Source of the DNA: a virus
Lineage: Duplodnaviria > Caudoviricetes
Reading direction: 5' to 3' (one strand)
Length of the DNA: 34,280 nucleotides
Virus record (IMG/VR): IMGVR_UViG_3300033076_000978
Coordinates: 1 to 34,280 of that record
Shown piece after piece: positions 17,822 through 27,500 of this stretch (its first letter is position 1; every line of letters begins with the position of its first letter). A model generated the notes under the pieces. It was not told the DNA's origin, ran no database searches, and saw nothing but the letters and a program-made list of their open reading frames with translations. The position numbers and the translations under genes were made by a program.

Positions 17822-19605
17822 CTCTTGCCATGAATGTTGAATGTGAGAACCAATGAGACTAGGGAAAACGCACCCTTGAAGAGAAGAGATATATTGGTGC
17901 CAACTGCCCGTGAGCCGTACTTGCGGAACTGCCCAGAAGTTTCCAGGAGGCCCAGAGTTTGTTTGGTGAAGTTCTTACCATCTAAAGCCGGTAGTGCATA
18001 CGCAGTGAGAGTGCCTCCCACAGTTGCATTCTCAAACGCCACCTCGTCCAGTTGCAAGGTGCGAGGCCTCACAAATTGGTACTTGCCTAAAGCAATGACT
18101 CCAGAAGAGGTAGTAGATGTGGTAGAGAAGTCTACTGTAGAAACTGATCCATCTACCTTCAAAAATGCCAGGGAACCTCTGGCAGTCTCCGCGATATCTG
18201 GGTCAGGAATCACGAACTCAAAAGCGCGAACATGATCTACTTTCAGCTTACCCCAGCGCCTATCTATCAGATCGTAGACAAGAGCATGAGTAAAAGAACT
18301 AATGCCATAGGAGAACACGAGATAGCGATCAGACACAACTGCAAGCGCTCTTGCCATTGTGGATGTAAGAGCGGTTTGAGTAAATGTATCAGTGCTCTCA
18401 TTGTAATCCTCGAACAGTTTTCCAGAAAGGAAATCGGTTACCTCGGGTAGAACAACCTGGGATTGGGAACTTGAAATGAGCTGGAGGCCTGAGCGATAGG
18501 TATACGCATAGAAATTTCCAGAGTTAGAGTCTTGGACTACGTCATCCTCATCCTCTATGCCTGCGGATCCAACTACTTCTCGGAAATTAAAGGGGAACCT
18601 AGAGTTTCCAGAGTAGAAAGCCGCCACTACATTGTCACTGGTGAAGATGAAAAAGCCCAGAACGTGTGCACGAACAGAAGCGATTTCTCCAGTGACACCT
18701 TCAGGAGCTCCAGAGCCTGCACCTGTAGAGAGGGATGGAGTGAAATCTAGAGGATCCAGAGTAGATGACCAGTAGATTACAGGTGCGACAGCAGATATAT
18801 GCATAGGCGCCAGAAATGTGGCCACAGCTGCATTCGTATCCATGTTGAGGAAATAGTGTCCACCGCCTGATGTCAGGCTAAGGATCTTGGCGCCGGTTGG
18901 AAACTCAGTACATGGATCAATTGTGCGCCCGATAAACTGAGTGAAGGGATCTGTAACTTCTACATCAGGACTTCCTAGAGTTGTGGTGCCTCCAAAACTA
19001 TGCTCAACGAGAGCGTGTCCATAGGCAATGAGATAGCCAGAAGCAGCCGAGATCCCAGCAATGAACTCTAAGTCCAGAGCTGTGGGAGTTACAGTGTTGA
19101 AATCAGTAAGATCAAAGTTAAAGGTATAGAAGACTGCTGGAGTTCCTGATGTCCAAGTAGAGGGCGCAATGCACATGTAATGCACGCCAGAAACAAAAGC
19201 AGTAGTGATCCGTTTACCTGCAGGAGCTGTAGCACCAGTGGCAATCACCCAGGTACTTCCGGTGGAATAGTATAGGAGTCCAGAGGTCAAACGCTGGATC
19301 CAGACCTTGGTGCCCGCTGCATCGCGGAGGTAAAAGATCTCGACTACCGGATCTGCCGCAGCGGCTGTATTCACAGGCAGAACATCTTTATAACCTATGC
19401 TCTGGAAACCTTGCTGGTGAGGCATCACATTGTGGCAGTAGTAGATCTGCGGGATGCCCACATCCTTATCTGAGTCCTCCTGAGAGGTTACCTGCCGATT
19501 GAAGTTCTGGTCGTACTGCGAAACAATAACTGAGCGCCCCCAGTTTGTAGATACAAACGGGAAGGCGCGAGCGGAGAGATTCGCACGATAGGAGATTTGG
19601 GCCAT
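17818..19605 (-). CDS. Tail nozzle / tubular protein B-like (beta-propeller)
   Basis: 595 aa and beta-rich, with 'IYWSSTLDPLDF' and 'ALVYDL..RRWGKL'. Position follows the adaptor and fibre genes. Confidence 0.7.
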   Translation of the reverse strand: MAQISYRANLSARAFPFVSTNWGRSVIVSQYDQNFNRQVTSQEDSDKDVGIPQIYYCHNVMPHQQGFQSIGYKDVLPVNTAAAADPVVEIFYLRDAAGTKVWIQRLTSGLLYYSTGSTWVIATGATAPAGKRITTAFVSGVHYMCIAPSTWTSGTPAVFYTFNFDLTDFNTVTPTALDLEFIAGISAASGYLIAYGHALVEHSFGGTTTLGSPDVEVTDPFTQFIGRTIDPCTEFPTGAKILSLTSGGGHYFLNMDTNAAVATFLAPMHISAVAPVIYWSSTLDPLDFTPSLSTGAGSGAPEGVTGEIASVRAHVLGFFIFTSDNVVAAFYSGNSRFPFNFREVVGSAGIEDEDDVVQDSNSGNFYAYTYRSGLQLISSSQSQVVLPEVTDFLSGKLFEDYNESTDTFTQTALTSTMARALAVVSDRYLVFSYGISSFTHALVYDLIDRRWGKLKVDHVRAFEFVIPDPDIAETARGSLAFLKVDGSVSTVDFSTTSTTSSGVIALGKYQFVRPRTLQLDEVAFENATVGGTLTAYALPALDGKNFTKQTLGLLETSGQFRKYGSRAVGTNISLLFKGAFSLVSLVLTFNIHGKR

Positions 19606-19625
19606 GGGTTATCCAGGTTATACAC

Positions 19626-21227
19626 TCAAGTGCCACGTACCTGTGTTGCAATAGTTCCCGCTGTGTTCATCAAAAACAGCAACACGGTGTCGGTATTCAG
19701 CGTCAGGTTCACGCCACCCACAAGCCGGATATTCGCGTTATGTGCGATGGTTGTCTGTCCATTACTAGATCGGACATAAAACTCTTGATTGCTCACACCG
19801 TTCGTGAACTGCGTTATCGTCGTCGGCGCTGTGTTTCCGTAGGTCAGAACACGGACACCAGTTATGCTGGTTGTCGTCGCGTTACTATTATCCGAGTTGC
19901 CGGTGGAGATAAGCGACAGGCCATTTATCTGGATGAAGGAAGACCCGAACCTCATGCGTCCGGTTCCAGCCTCATTCTCGATATAAAAGTCTGTCGACCC
20001 ACCTGGGGAATATAGAGACCAGTTGGAAAGCCCGCCGCTACCAACATATCGAATTTTCTTCCCGTTGAATACAAGCGAGTCTGCCCCGAACTGCACACGT
20101 ATATTTTCAAACCCAAAAAGCGGGCGCGTGTCACGGTCACCAAAAAGCACGATGGCTTTGATGTGAGATGAGGCTGTCTGGAAGTTTCGTACCCAGTCCC
20201 AAGTCACTCCGCCATCACTTGCGCTGCCGCTTGTGTGGTTTGGTTTCGTTGATCCGGTAGTCCCTCCGGTAGTCGTCTGATATAGCTGGAAACTGGCAAG
20301 GATGTAGTCACCAGCATTAACGGTAATGCCAGCGCGCCACGCACCACGCAAAGGTGTGCGCCACGCAGTATCCGTGTGGTCGAAATAGTGCAGCTTCATC
20401 GGGACAGCAGTTGCGCTGTCATCGCTGTAGCCGAAATGCCAAGCTGGGTAAATTCCGAAGTGGTCTCCAGTGCCCTTCACCCCATCGACAACAATGCCAT
20501 TATCCCCGCCTGTCGTGCTTGCGTCAGCCGCGTCGTAAGTCTTGGTGTAGATATTCCGGATTCGATAGTTAACGCCATCCTGCTGGTACGGATCGAGCAT
20601 CCAATCAAGCTTGGCAGCCGTGCCGGTGACATACCCGTTTGGCTCGATATGTATGCGGGTTGGTGTGGTCGTCGTGACGTTGCGAATAAGGGTGTTACTC
20701 GCATTGCCCTGCTGTAACTTATTCGGGCCAAAAATTCCAGTTAATGCAGGCCCTGCATTTTGCAGAGCAGCTTCTACGGTTGCACCTGCGTAGTACCCGC
20801 CAGCATCTTCGATACCAACCAGCGACGCACCTTTTCCGCTGGCCGTGCTGGTAAGATCCTGGACAGTATTACCGCCCTGGAATGCCACCATACTGGCACC
20901 ATTGCCAGCAAGAATCGAGGATAACCTGGATTGGAGAGCAGAAGCATCAGCATTCGCAGTAGTTGCCGGAATCCCCCAAGCCTCAATCTTATCTCCCAGA
21001 GAGGCAGGAGTCGCAAGAGTGAAAGAGGTAGTGGAGATCTCAGTGTAATCTACATTCACTAGGAGTTTCAGGCCATTCTTCCAAACCACGAGAGAATTCG
21101 TGGTAAGTGTGTAGGTGAACTCAGTAAGAACGAAAACCGATTGGGAAGCTGTAGCAGTGAACACTTCCGGAACAATAGTCCCAGAAACATTCATCGCACC
21201 ATTGATTCCGAAAAGAGAAGCGGTCAT
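19626..21227 (-). CDS. Tail fibre / receptor-binding protein
   Basis: N-terminal anchor FTATASQSVF...VWKNG...DYTE, GASLVG linker and CBM-like WRAG...YQ...GTTGSTKPNHTSG...DGGVTW module. Confidence 0.8.
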   Translation of the reverse strand: MTASLFGINGAMNVSGTIVPEVFTATASQSVFVLTEFTYTLTTNSLVVWKNGLKLLVNVDYTEISTTSFTLATPASLGDKIEAWGIPATTANADASALQSRLSSILAGNGASMVAFQGGNTVQDLTSTASGKGASLVGIEDAGGYYAGATVEAALQNAGPALTGIFGPNKLQQGNASNTLIRNVTTTTPTRIHIEPNGYVTGTAAKLDWMLDPYQQDGVNYRIRNIYTKTYDAADASTTGGDNGIVVDGVKGTGDHFGIYPAWHFGYSDDSATAVPMKLHYFDHTDTAWRTPLRGAWRAGITVNAGDYILASFQLYQTTTGGTTGSTKPNHTSGSASDGGVTWDWVRNFQTASSHIKAIVLFGDRDTRPLFGFENIRVQFGADSLVFNGKKIRYVGSGGLSNWSLYSPGGSTDFYIENEAGTGRMRFGSSFIQINGLSLISTGNSDNSNATTTSITGVRVLTYGNTAPTTITQFTNGVSNQEFYVRSSNGQTTIAHNANIRLVGGVNLTLNTDTVLLFLMNTAGTIATQVRGT

Positions 21228-21818
21228 TTAGTACCCCACGGCGAGGATGTTAGAAGCCTTGAGAATCGAAACTTGCTCTGCCACCAAACCCCGATACGCG
21301 GCCGCCTCTTCATCTTTCCCGATCGCCTTGAAAACAGTGGCGGCGGCATCAAAGATTATGAGGTACGGATGATCTAGCGCAATCCAGGAACTGAACGAGG
21401 TGGTGGTTATATCTGGATTCAGGTAGCATCCCAGAATGTAACTCGATTCCTCAGTGGAAGAATTAATCTGGATATATGCACCTGCAACATAGCAAATGTC
21501 CTGGCGCTGCACTTTGTAGCGATCCAGGACTTGTTCGGGGAGAATGATGTCGAGTTCGGCACCAGGCGCCGCGCTGACTGAGTCCCATTTGCGCAGATAC
21601 TTCAGTGCGCGCCAGCGTGGGAGAGTTAGCCGGTAGTCGAAACTTTGAGTGAACTCAGCACTTGCGAAGGAGAGACCAGTTTCAAAGATGTCTTTGTAAA
21701 AGTAGTCTTGTTGGTGAGCCTTAAGTGTAGCAGCCTTGACTGCCGACTCAGTCTCTGCTACACGATCAGAGCGCCCAGTTATCGTGTAGACTTCGGCGCA
21801 CAGTTCGGAGAAGTTCAT
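21228..21818 (-). CDS. Head-tail adaptor / tail tubular protein A-like
   Basis: MNFSEL..EV..IT.R.D start and 'SWIALDHPYLII..A' near the C-terminus. Size and position match podovirus adaptors. Confidence 0.7.
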   Translation of the reverse strand: MNFSELCAEVYTITGRSDRVAETESAVKAATLKAHQQDYFYKDIFETGLSFASAEFTQSFDYRLTLPRWRALKYLRKWDSVSAAPGAELDIILPEQVLDRYKVQRQDICYVAGAYIQINSSTEESSYILGCYLNPDITTTSFSSWIALDHPYLIIFDAAATVFKAIGKDEEAAAYRGLVAEQVSILKASNILAVGY

Positions 21819-21827
21819 GATGAGGTA

Positions 21828-22217
21828 TTACTTCTTAGCGGTAATCGTGGGGAGAGAAACTGCACCGTTCGCAGTGGCAGCAGCTACATCTCGGGAACTG
21901 GCGGGAACCACAGCGCCAGCGGTGTAGTTTCCAAGGTCACGATCCGGATTCGTGTTCGCGGCTTTCTGGGCCTCGTAATCTGCGATGATCTTGTGGCGCA
22001 GAGCAGCGATTGGATCCACGAGTTCAGAATCAATCTCGCGCTCAGCAGCATCGATGTAGATGTTAGGGTGACCGAGAGAGATCTCAGCTTCGAGCTCAGC
22101 GATCTCGGCTTCGTTCGCAGTACGATACGTGCCATTCACAAAAGCAGCGGACTTCCCCTTCTGGAAGATATAGTTGCAGGAAGGGATGGTGGACTTGAAA
22201 ACGCGGAGGGTGGCCAT
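21828..22217 (-). CDS. Hypothetical virion-associated protein
   Basis: 129-aa ORF between capsid and adaptor, with codon usage like the capsid gene. Confidence 0.7.
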   Translation of the reverse strand: MATLRVFKSTIPSCNYIFQKGKSAAFVNGTYRTANEAEIAELEAEISLGHPNIYIDAAEREIDSELVDPIAALRHKIIADYEAQKAANTNPDRDLGNYTAGAVVPASSRDVAAATANGAVSLPTITAKK

Positions 22218-22255
22218 GATTGGGTTCCAGGATTGAAAAGAAGGATTGAGAGGCA

Positions 22256-22288
22256 GGGGGTTTTTGAATAGTTACCCCCAGAAACTAT
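22256..22288 (-). other. Predicted H-type RNA pseudoknot downstream of the major capsid stop codon
   Basis: Minus strand reads ATAGTT-TCT-GGGGGT-AACTAT-TCAAAA-ACCCCC, giving two interleaved perfect 6-bp stems. Confidence 0.55.
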
Positions 22289-22294
22289 GTCGCT

Positions 22295-23521
22295 TTAACC
22301 AGCGGCGCCAGCAGTCAGGTTAAAGATCACCGCATTAGCAGGCGGGTTCTTGATAACACAGGTCAGTTCCGTGGTCAGCGTGCCGCCCACAGCATCGATG
22401 CCGTTATCTGCAACATCGACATCCGTCTCAGGCATATTGAACTCCTTGTTTTGCGTCTTGCGATCGCCAAGGTAAGCCAGACGGAAAGTCGACAGATCAA
22501 CCGCAACAGCCATCTTAGACCAGGTGGTGTTCGAGTTGAACAGCGGATGCTCGATCATACGGAAAGTGCCACGAGCGGTCTTGAAAGTTTGGAACTGCAG
22601 ACCGTAGTTAGTTTGGCCATCCGTGATGTAGTAGGTACCATTCAGGCGACCGATGTTGTTCAGAACTCGGCGAGCAGTACCACCAACGAACAGCACACGC
22701 TCATTGGCAACCTTGGGATCAGTGGCCTGGTTAAAGACCGGATCCAGGAAACCTTCGAGCTGAGTATAGTTGGTGGTAGCGCCAGCGGTGTTCACATTGA
22801 CCGCGGAATAGTAACTCGGGTAGTAAGCCAGAGTGCCAACAATCGAGATCAGACCATCCATCGTGCGGAACGGCTGGCCATTGCGAGTGCCTTGCGACTT
22901 CTGACCGAAGAAGATAGCCTTCTCGATATCAGCAGCGTGGAAAGCAGCGCAATCTTGACGCGATTCGGCGACGTTGGTTTCGCCGGCAATCATCATCGTG
23001 GTGCGAACCGTGTCCGAAATCGCCCAGGTGTTCCGGAAGATCTGAGTGTAGTTGGTGATACGTACCGGGTTGATGACGAGAGACTGAGGACGCAGGCTCG
23101 ATTCCTCGAAGGCATTGCCAACTTGGAACAGATTCACAGCGCTCAGAGCGGAAGCCGCAGCAGTGGAACCAACGCCACGAGTAACCGTGACCGAGGTTGC
23201 CGAAACCACCGAGTTGATGATGATATTCTCGCCAGTCGAATCTACACGCATAATCATCCCAGGCAGGATGTTAGTGGTGGAAGTAACAGGCAGAGTAGTA
23301 TCAGTGGAGGCAATATTCGCAGAGAGCGTGAGCTGCGGGAACAGCATGGTCTTGGTGAAGAAACCGTGTTCAGTTTGCACAGCAGTGTCCGAAGGCAACA
23401 TGCTGGTGAGGCCAAACAGAGGAGCAGTACCATTCGGCATCAGCCGAGTGATCATGCTCGCAAATGATTTCTTTGCAAGATCTTGCGTGAGATTTGCAGA
23501 GGTAAAGATGCCGGTAGACAT
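22295..23521 (-). CDS. Major capsid protein (SU10/DUF5309-like HK97 fold)
   Basis: GNAFEESS, NYTQIFRN, DIEKAIFFG and RTMDGL motifs. Strong RBS AAGGAG and biased codon usage. Confidence 0.9.
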   Translation of the reverse strand: MSTGIFTSANLTQDLAKKSFASMITRLMPNGTAPLFGLTSMLPSDTAVQTEHGFFTKTMLFPQLTLSANIASTDTTLPVTSTTNILPGMIMRVDSTGENIIINSVVSATSVTVTRGVGSTAAASALSAVNLFQVGNAFEESSLRPQSLVINPVRITNYTQIFRNTWAISDTVRTTMMIAGETNVAESRQDCAAFHAADIEKAIFFGQKSQGTRNGQPFRTMDGLISIVGTLAYYPSYYSAVNVNTAGATTNYTQLEGFLDPVFNQATDPKVANERVLFVGGTARRVLNNIGRLNGTYYITDGQTNYGLQFQTFKTARGTFRMIEHPLFNSNTTWSKMAVAVDLSTFRLAYLGDRKTQNKEFNMPETDVDVADNGIDAVGGTLTTELTCVIKNPPANAVIFNLTAGAAG

Positions 23522-23550
23522 TTAGAAACTCCTTGAAGGATGGGAGAGAA

Positions 23551-23952
23551 TTACAGAACAGTCCAGGTGACCGTGGTCGCCGAGGTCTTGGAAACTACCA
23601 CCACTGAGTACGAGGAGGCGGGAGTGGTAGCGCGACCTGCGAGAGTCACACCAGTACCTGCCGCCCAAGTGCCAGCAAAAGCAGCAACACACGAGACCAG
23701 GATTTCAAACGAGTCGCCGATATCCATCCAGGCGTTAGCGGCCAGAATGTTAGCAGCGGTATCGGTGGTCAGAGTGCGACCGGCAGTGAAGCCAGTGAAC
23801 TGCACAATGCCACCGGCGATGTCCGCAACCGTGAGAGTGCGGTTTGCATCAGCAGAAACAGAGAGAACAGAACGGCCAACAACAGCATTGTCGCCTTGAC
23901 GAGCGGCACGGGTGAGACCGCCATCTTGAACCATGGGACGAAGCGCAGACAT
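23551..23952 (-). CDS. Putative capsid decoration / minor capsid protein
   Basis: 133-aa Ala/Thr/Val-rich beta protein between scaffold and MCP. RBS GGAG. Confidence 0.6.
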   Translation of the reverse strand: MSALRPMVQDGGLTRAARQGDNAVVGRSVLSVSADANRTLTVADIAGGIVQFTGFTAGRTLTTDTAANILAANAWMDIGDSFEILVSCVAAFAGTWAAGTGVTLAGRATTPASSYSVVVVSKTSATTVTWTVL

Positions 23953-23970
23953 TTGAGAAACTCCAGTAGA

Positions 23971-24699
23971 TTACGAGAAGAACTTATCCCAGTCTTCTTC
24001 TGCACGAACCTGCTTACCCTTGGGAGTTGCCGGTTTCGGAGCAAACGAGGAACCGAGAGCTTGGAAATAATCCATCACCTGGGATTGGATTTCGCCTGAG
24101 GTGGCATTCGGATTCTTGCGAATCAACTGCTCTTTCAGTGCGCCAACCAAAGGCTGGATTGCCGGATTTGCGAGGAGGGGGTTTGCTGCTAAAAGATTTT
24201 CTTGAGTCGAGTGACTCTTTAGCAGCTGGGGGAGTTGGGCGTTGAACTGTTCCTGTTGTTTTGCCAGAGCCTGTTCCACAATTTTGGTAGTGGCCATGGC
24301 GCTCTGAGCGTACACAGTTTGTGCAACTGAATTCAGAGACTGGGCGAGAGCTGCGGTTGCTTCCTGCCCACCTGATTGGATCTTCGCGAGAAGTTCCGGA
24401 GTCAGGGATTTGGAGAAATCTACTTTCCGTGCGGATTCCATGACCTTGTTGGGATCAACATTGTCGAAGAGTCCCGCAGGCGGCGTATCTTTCGAGGTGT
24501 CAGGAGTTTCCCAAATCTTCGCGTGCTTATCGAGTGGGGAGCCCGGATCACTCTGAGTGGGAACCACACCGTTGTTATCAGTCTGAGCAGTAGATTGGGT
24601 GCCAGGCATGGGTTGCCCAGCCTTCTGCGGATCTTGGCCAGGGGGCGGATTCACAGGGGGAGTGGCGGACTTGAAGATGGAGAAGATATCGAAAGACAC
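23971..24699 (-). CDS. Capsid scaffolding protein
   Basis: Pro/Gln-rich N-terminus, helical body and C-terminal EEDWDKFF. GTG start at 24699 follows AAGGAG. Confidence 0.7.
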   Translation of the reverse strand: MSFDIFSIFKSATPPVNPPPGQDPQKAGQPMPGTQSTAQTDNNGVVPTQSDPGSPLDKHAKIWETPDTSKDTPPAGLFDNVDPNKVMESARKVDFSKSLTPELLAKIQSGGQEATAALAQSLNSVAQTVYAQSAMATTKIVEQALAKQQEQFNAQLPQLLKSHSTQENLLAANPLLANPAIQPLVGALKEQLIRKNPNATSGEIQSQVMDYFQALGSSFAPKPATPKGKQVRAEEDWDKFFS

Positions 24700-24709
24700 G
24701 GGAAACTCC

Positions 24710-25072
24710 TTACAGGGTGGATTGGTTGGCCAGGTTTCTGAGTTCTGCTTCGGAGGCATCAGACCTCTCTAGCATATAAGAGAGCCAATCTAATTGACCT
24801 TTTAGAAAGGCATGCTGCTGGGCGAAATCAAGCTGGTTCTGAGGATCAAAGTTCAAACTTAGAAGTTGGGTGCCGATGGTTGCTATGTCATATTGTATAA
24901 GTGCTTTCTGTGGATGGTTAAGAATGGCGCCTTCTAGAGTTGCGCGCTTGCCCAGTTCAGGCGCCTCCAGGGAGATTCTCAGCTCCTGAGGTTTGTACGT
25001 TCCCACTCGCTGCTTGAGTTCCTGGAGCCTGCTGTTGAGCGGAGGGGTTTGTGGAGCCGGGTTGGTAGCCAT
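24710..25072 (-). CDS. Small conserved-looking protein between portal and scaffold (start uncertain)
   Basis: Coding-like segment EGAILN..QKALIQ...LNFDPQNQLDFAQQHAFLKGQL fills the gap exactly. The only upstream ATG lies inside the portal gene. Confidence 0.6.
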   Translation of the reverse strand: MATNPAPQTPPLNSRLQELKQRVGTYKPQELRISLEAPELGKRATLEGAILNHPQKALIQYDIATIGTQLLSLNFDPQNQLDFAQQHAFLKGQLDWLSYMLERSDASEAELRNLANQSTL

Positions 25073-26996
25073 ATGCTTGAGGGGTTGGTTGGGGAGGGTA
25101 CTGCTTAGGATCAGTGCCTTGCTTTGCCATCTCCATTACAACTTGCTGCCACTGTGCAACTGCTTGTTCATAGGCTTGCTGTGCAGGAGATTTCTCGAAA
25201 GGCTTGAGATCCACATTCTGGGTCTTCATCAGGTAGGAGAACGCAGGCGCCAGATTGTAACCTGCACCAATCTGGGGAGAAGATCCGATGGTTTGCACCG
25301 CCATTGCAAATGCATCCCCAGAGATCGCTTTGTCCGTGGGCGCCAGGCCATCTGTGATCTTGAAAGTTGCGAAAGATTTCCGCAGGGCGACCGGATCAAC
25401 TTTGACAACTCGCTCTTGGGAGGGAGAGTAGAGCGAGATTCCTGCCTGATACTGCAGGGTGTTGATCTTCAGGATCTCTTTCAGAGGGGTGAAAACTTGC
25501 GCCTCAAAGAGCATCGCAGTTGTTTGGTCCCTACCATTTGCATGAGTTTGTACATCCTGGTACTCATGGAGAGTCTTGTTTCCTTTGACGAACTGCCCTT
25601 GTTTCGCAGGGTTCTGACCATTCACGATGTTCGCCATCTGCTGAATCTGGCCCAGTTCCTGAAAAGCTACTGCGGACTGGTCATCCCGGAAAGGTATCGG
25701 GAAGTAGGCTTCCTGAGGCGACTTGTTATAGCCGGCTGGCCGCATCGGAATCTTAGCGGTCGGGGAATCATTATTGATGTGAGCTTCGGAAACCAGGGAA
25801 GGATTGTAGATGCCTCGATCGGAGATAGCTCGACGCCTGGCGGCCATTGCAGAGTTCACCAGAGCAGATGCGATTTCCTGGAAAGGCTTCGCATTCTGGG
25901 CGAGACTCTTAGTTTGGTAGCCAAGGCCGTCCTCATTCGGTTGCCCGAAAAGAGTTGGGAGGTAGCCATGTGCATTCGTCTGGCGTTCCGCATAGATCAG
26001 AACCTGATGGTTTACAATGATCAGCTTCCACACTTGAGGAGTATTAGCGGAAGGCACACGAAGACGAAAATCTTGAGGAATAATTCGCGCATATAGAGTA
26101 GTCACTTCGTAGAGGTTCTTGTAGACAATCTCGCCAGGAGGGCGCTCCAAGATACCTGCCCAGCTCATCCAATCTGTGGAGCGCTTCGGATCAATTTGCA
26201 TCAGCGCATCCGGATTGATAAGCGGGAGGTAATAGGATTCGATGCCCCCTACACCACCCGAGGCATTGGCGCCCATTCCAGATTCAAAGGCCGCCTTGAT
26301 ATTGGAGACCATCTTATCCGGGAGTTCGTTGATGAACTTTTTGAGGTGCACACGAGACATCAGCTCAGTGTGACCAACGAATTCACCATCCTTGTAGATC
26401 TGAGTCGGCTTGTAGCGAGAGTCCCAGAAAGTGTTATAGGGATCCCAGCGCTTGATGCAGTTACCTTCCCAGATCACCTCTTTAGGTTTGCCTTCTGTGC
26501 CGAATGAGATATCGGTTTCAATGGCGGCTGTCACCTGGCGATCCCAGGTCACTTCCATAATCGAGAGGTTGTATTTAAACGCATCTCGGAACCATAGCAT
26601 AAACTGCTGCACCCAGCCGCCCCGGATGGAATTTTCTTCAATGATTGCCTGGTACTGGAGGGCAGAATCCTCGTGCTCGGGAGGAGCCACCCAACCAAAG
26701 ATAGGAGTGCCAGTTAGGAAAACTGAGGCCTGATAGGTAACTGCGGCCTCGACCTGAGGCATGACAACTGGAACAGTTACATTCTGGAACTTGGTGGAAT
26801 CGCCGTAGCGATTGGCAAGCTGGGCGCGCCTATGTTCAGAGGTCCAGTCTGCTTCCCGCATGTAGGCGAGATCAATCTGGCGCATCTGCCCACGCACATT
26901 CCACTGGCTCCCAAGCATAGAGTAGCATTGCTTGTGGAACTGAATCAGCGCTTCCTGAGACTTATCAGGAATAATCATAGGAGTGGCGCTAGACAT
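24957..26996 (-). CDS. Portal protein
   Basis: 679 aa downstream of TerL, 'GQFVKGNKT..E' wing/clip-like segment and Gln/Pro-rich tail. Position precedes scaffold and MCP. Confidence 0.85.
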   Translation of the reverse strand: MSSATPMIIPDKSQEALIQFHKQCYSMLGSQWNVRGQMRQIDLAYMREADWTSEHRRAQLANRYGDSTKFQNVTVPVVMPQVEAAVTYQASVFLTGTPIFGWVAPPEHEDSALQYQAIIEENSIRGGWVQQFMLWFRDAFKYNLSIMEVTWDRQVTAAIETDISFGTEGKPKEVIWEGNCIKRWDPYNTFWDSRYKPTQIYKDGEFVGHTELMSRVHLKKFINELPDKMVSNIKAAFESGMGANASGGVGGIESYYLPLINPDALMQIDPKRSTDWMSWAGILERPPGEIVYKNLYEVTTLYARIIPQDFRLRVPSANTPQVWKLIIVNHQVLIYAERQTNAHGYLPTLFGQPNEDGLGYQTKSLAQNAKPFQEIASALVNSAMAARRRAISDRGIYNPSLVSEAHINNDSPTAKIPMRPAGYNKSPQEAYFPIPFRDDQSAVAFQELGQIQQMANIVNGQNPAKQGQFVKGNKTLHEYQDVQTHANGRDQTTAMLFEAQVFTPLKEILKINTLQYQAGISLYSPSQERVVKVDPVALRKSFATFKITDGLAPTDKAISGDAFAMAVQTIGSSPQIGAGYNLAPAFSYLMKTQNVDLKPFEKSPAQQAYEQAVAQWQQVVMEMAKQGTDPKQYPPQPTPQAYGYQPGSTNPSAQQQAPGTQAASGNVQTSGAENLPGGA

Positions 26997-27484
26997 TACA
27001 CAGTTTCCTTGGGAAAGTTCAGATTTGCAAATTCGCCCTGATGTTTCAGAGCCGCACGATCATAAGCTGCAGCGGCCTCGATAGGATTCTGGAAAAGCCC
27101 GAGATGCAGGTGCTGGCTCTTCGTTCCAAACTTTACAGAAATCGAGGCGCGCCACTTGCCGCTTTTATTGTGGAAACTTACACCCTTGAAGCCAGAAGTA
27201 TTGAGCACCGTGAGAGTCTTGTTTGCAGCCTGCTCGCTCTTAGTAGCCAGGCGCAGATTCTCCTTCCGATTGTTGAGGCGATTTCTGTCAATGTGATCTA
27301 CATCTAGATCTGCAGGCGGGTTAACAATCAGACGGTGCAGAAGTCGCACATCTCTGTTGAGCAGCGTGACGTGAATGTAGCCGGATTGCAGGGAGCAGGT
27401 GTAGAAGCCGAAATGCTTCAGGTCTTCATCATCTACCTGGATCTCGGGATGCTTGCGCATCAGACCGAAAAGATTTGTGCTCAT
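26996..27484 (-). mobile_element. Freestanding HNH homing endonuclease with AP2 DNA-binding domain
   Basis: LHRLI...VDHIDRNRLNNRKENLRLAT (HNH) plus NTSGFKGV...KWRASI...LGLF..P.EAAAAYD.AA (AP2). Start MSTN follows AAAGG. Confidence 0.9.
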
Positions 27485-27500
27485 GGGAACCTTTCTTGGG

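Noticed and set aside
22217-22297. -1 frameshift fusing the capsid protein to the downstream gene
   Set aside because: There is no canonical slippery heptamer at the capsid end, and the -1 frame meets TAA (22274-72) before reaching the next ORF.
22451-23467. 338-aa + strand ORF opposite the major capsid gene
   Set aside because: Antisense shadow of a strongly codon-biased gene, with no RBS or recognisable motifs.
24993-26096. 367-aa + strand ORF opposite the portal gene
   Set aside because: Antisense shadow with an implausible Leu/Arg/His-rich composition and no motifs.
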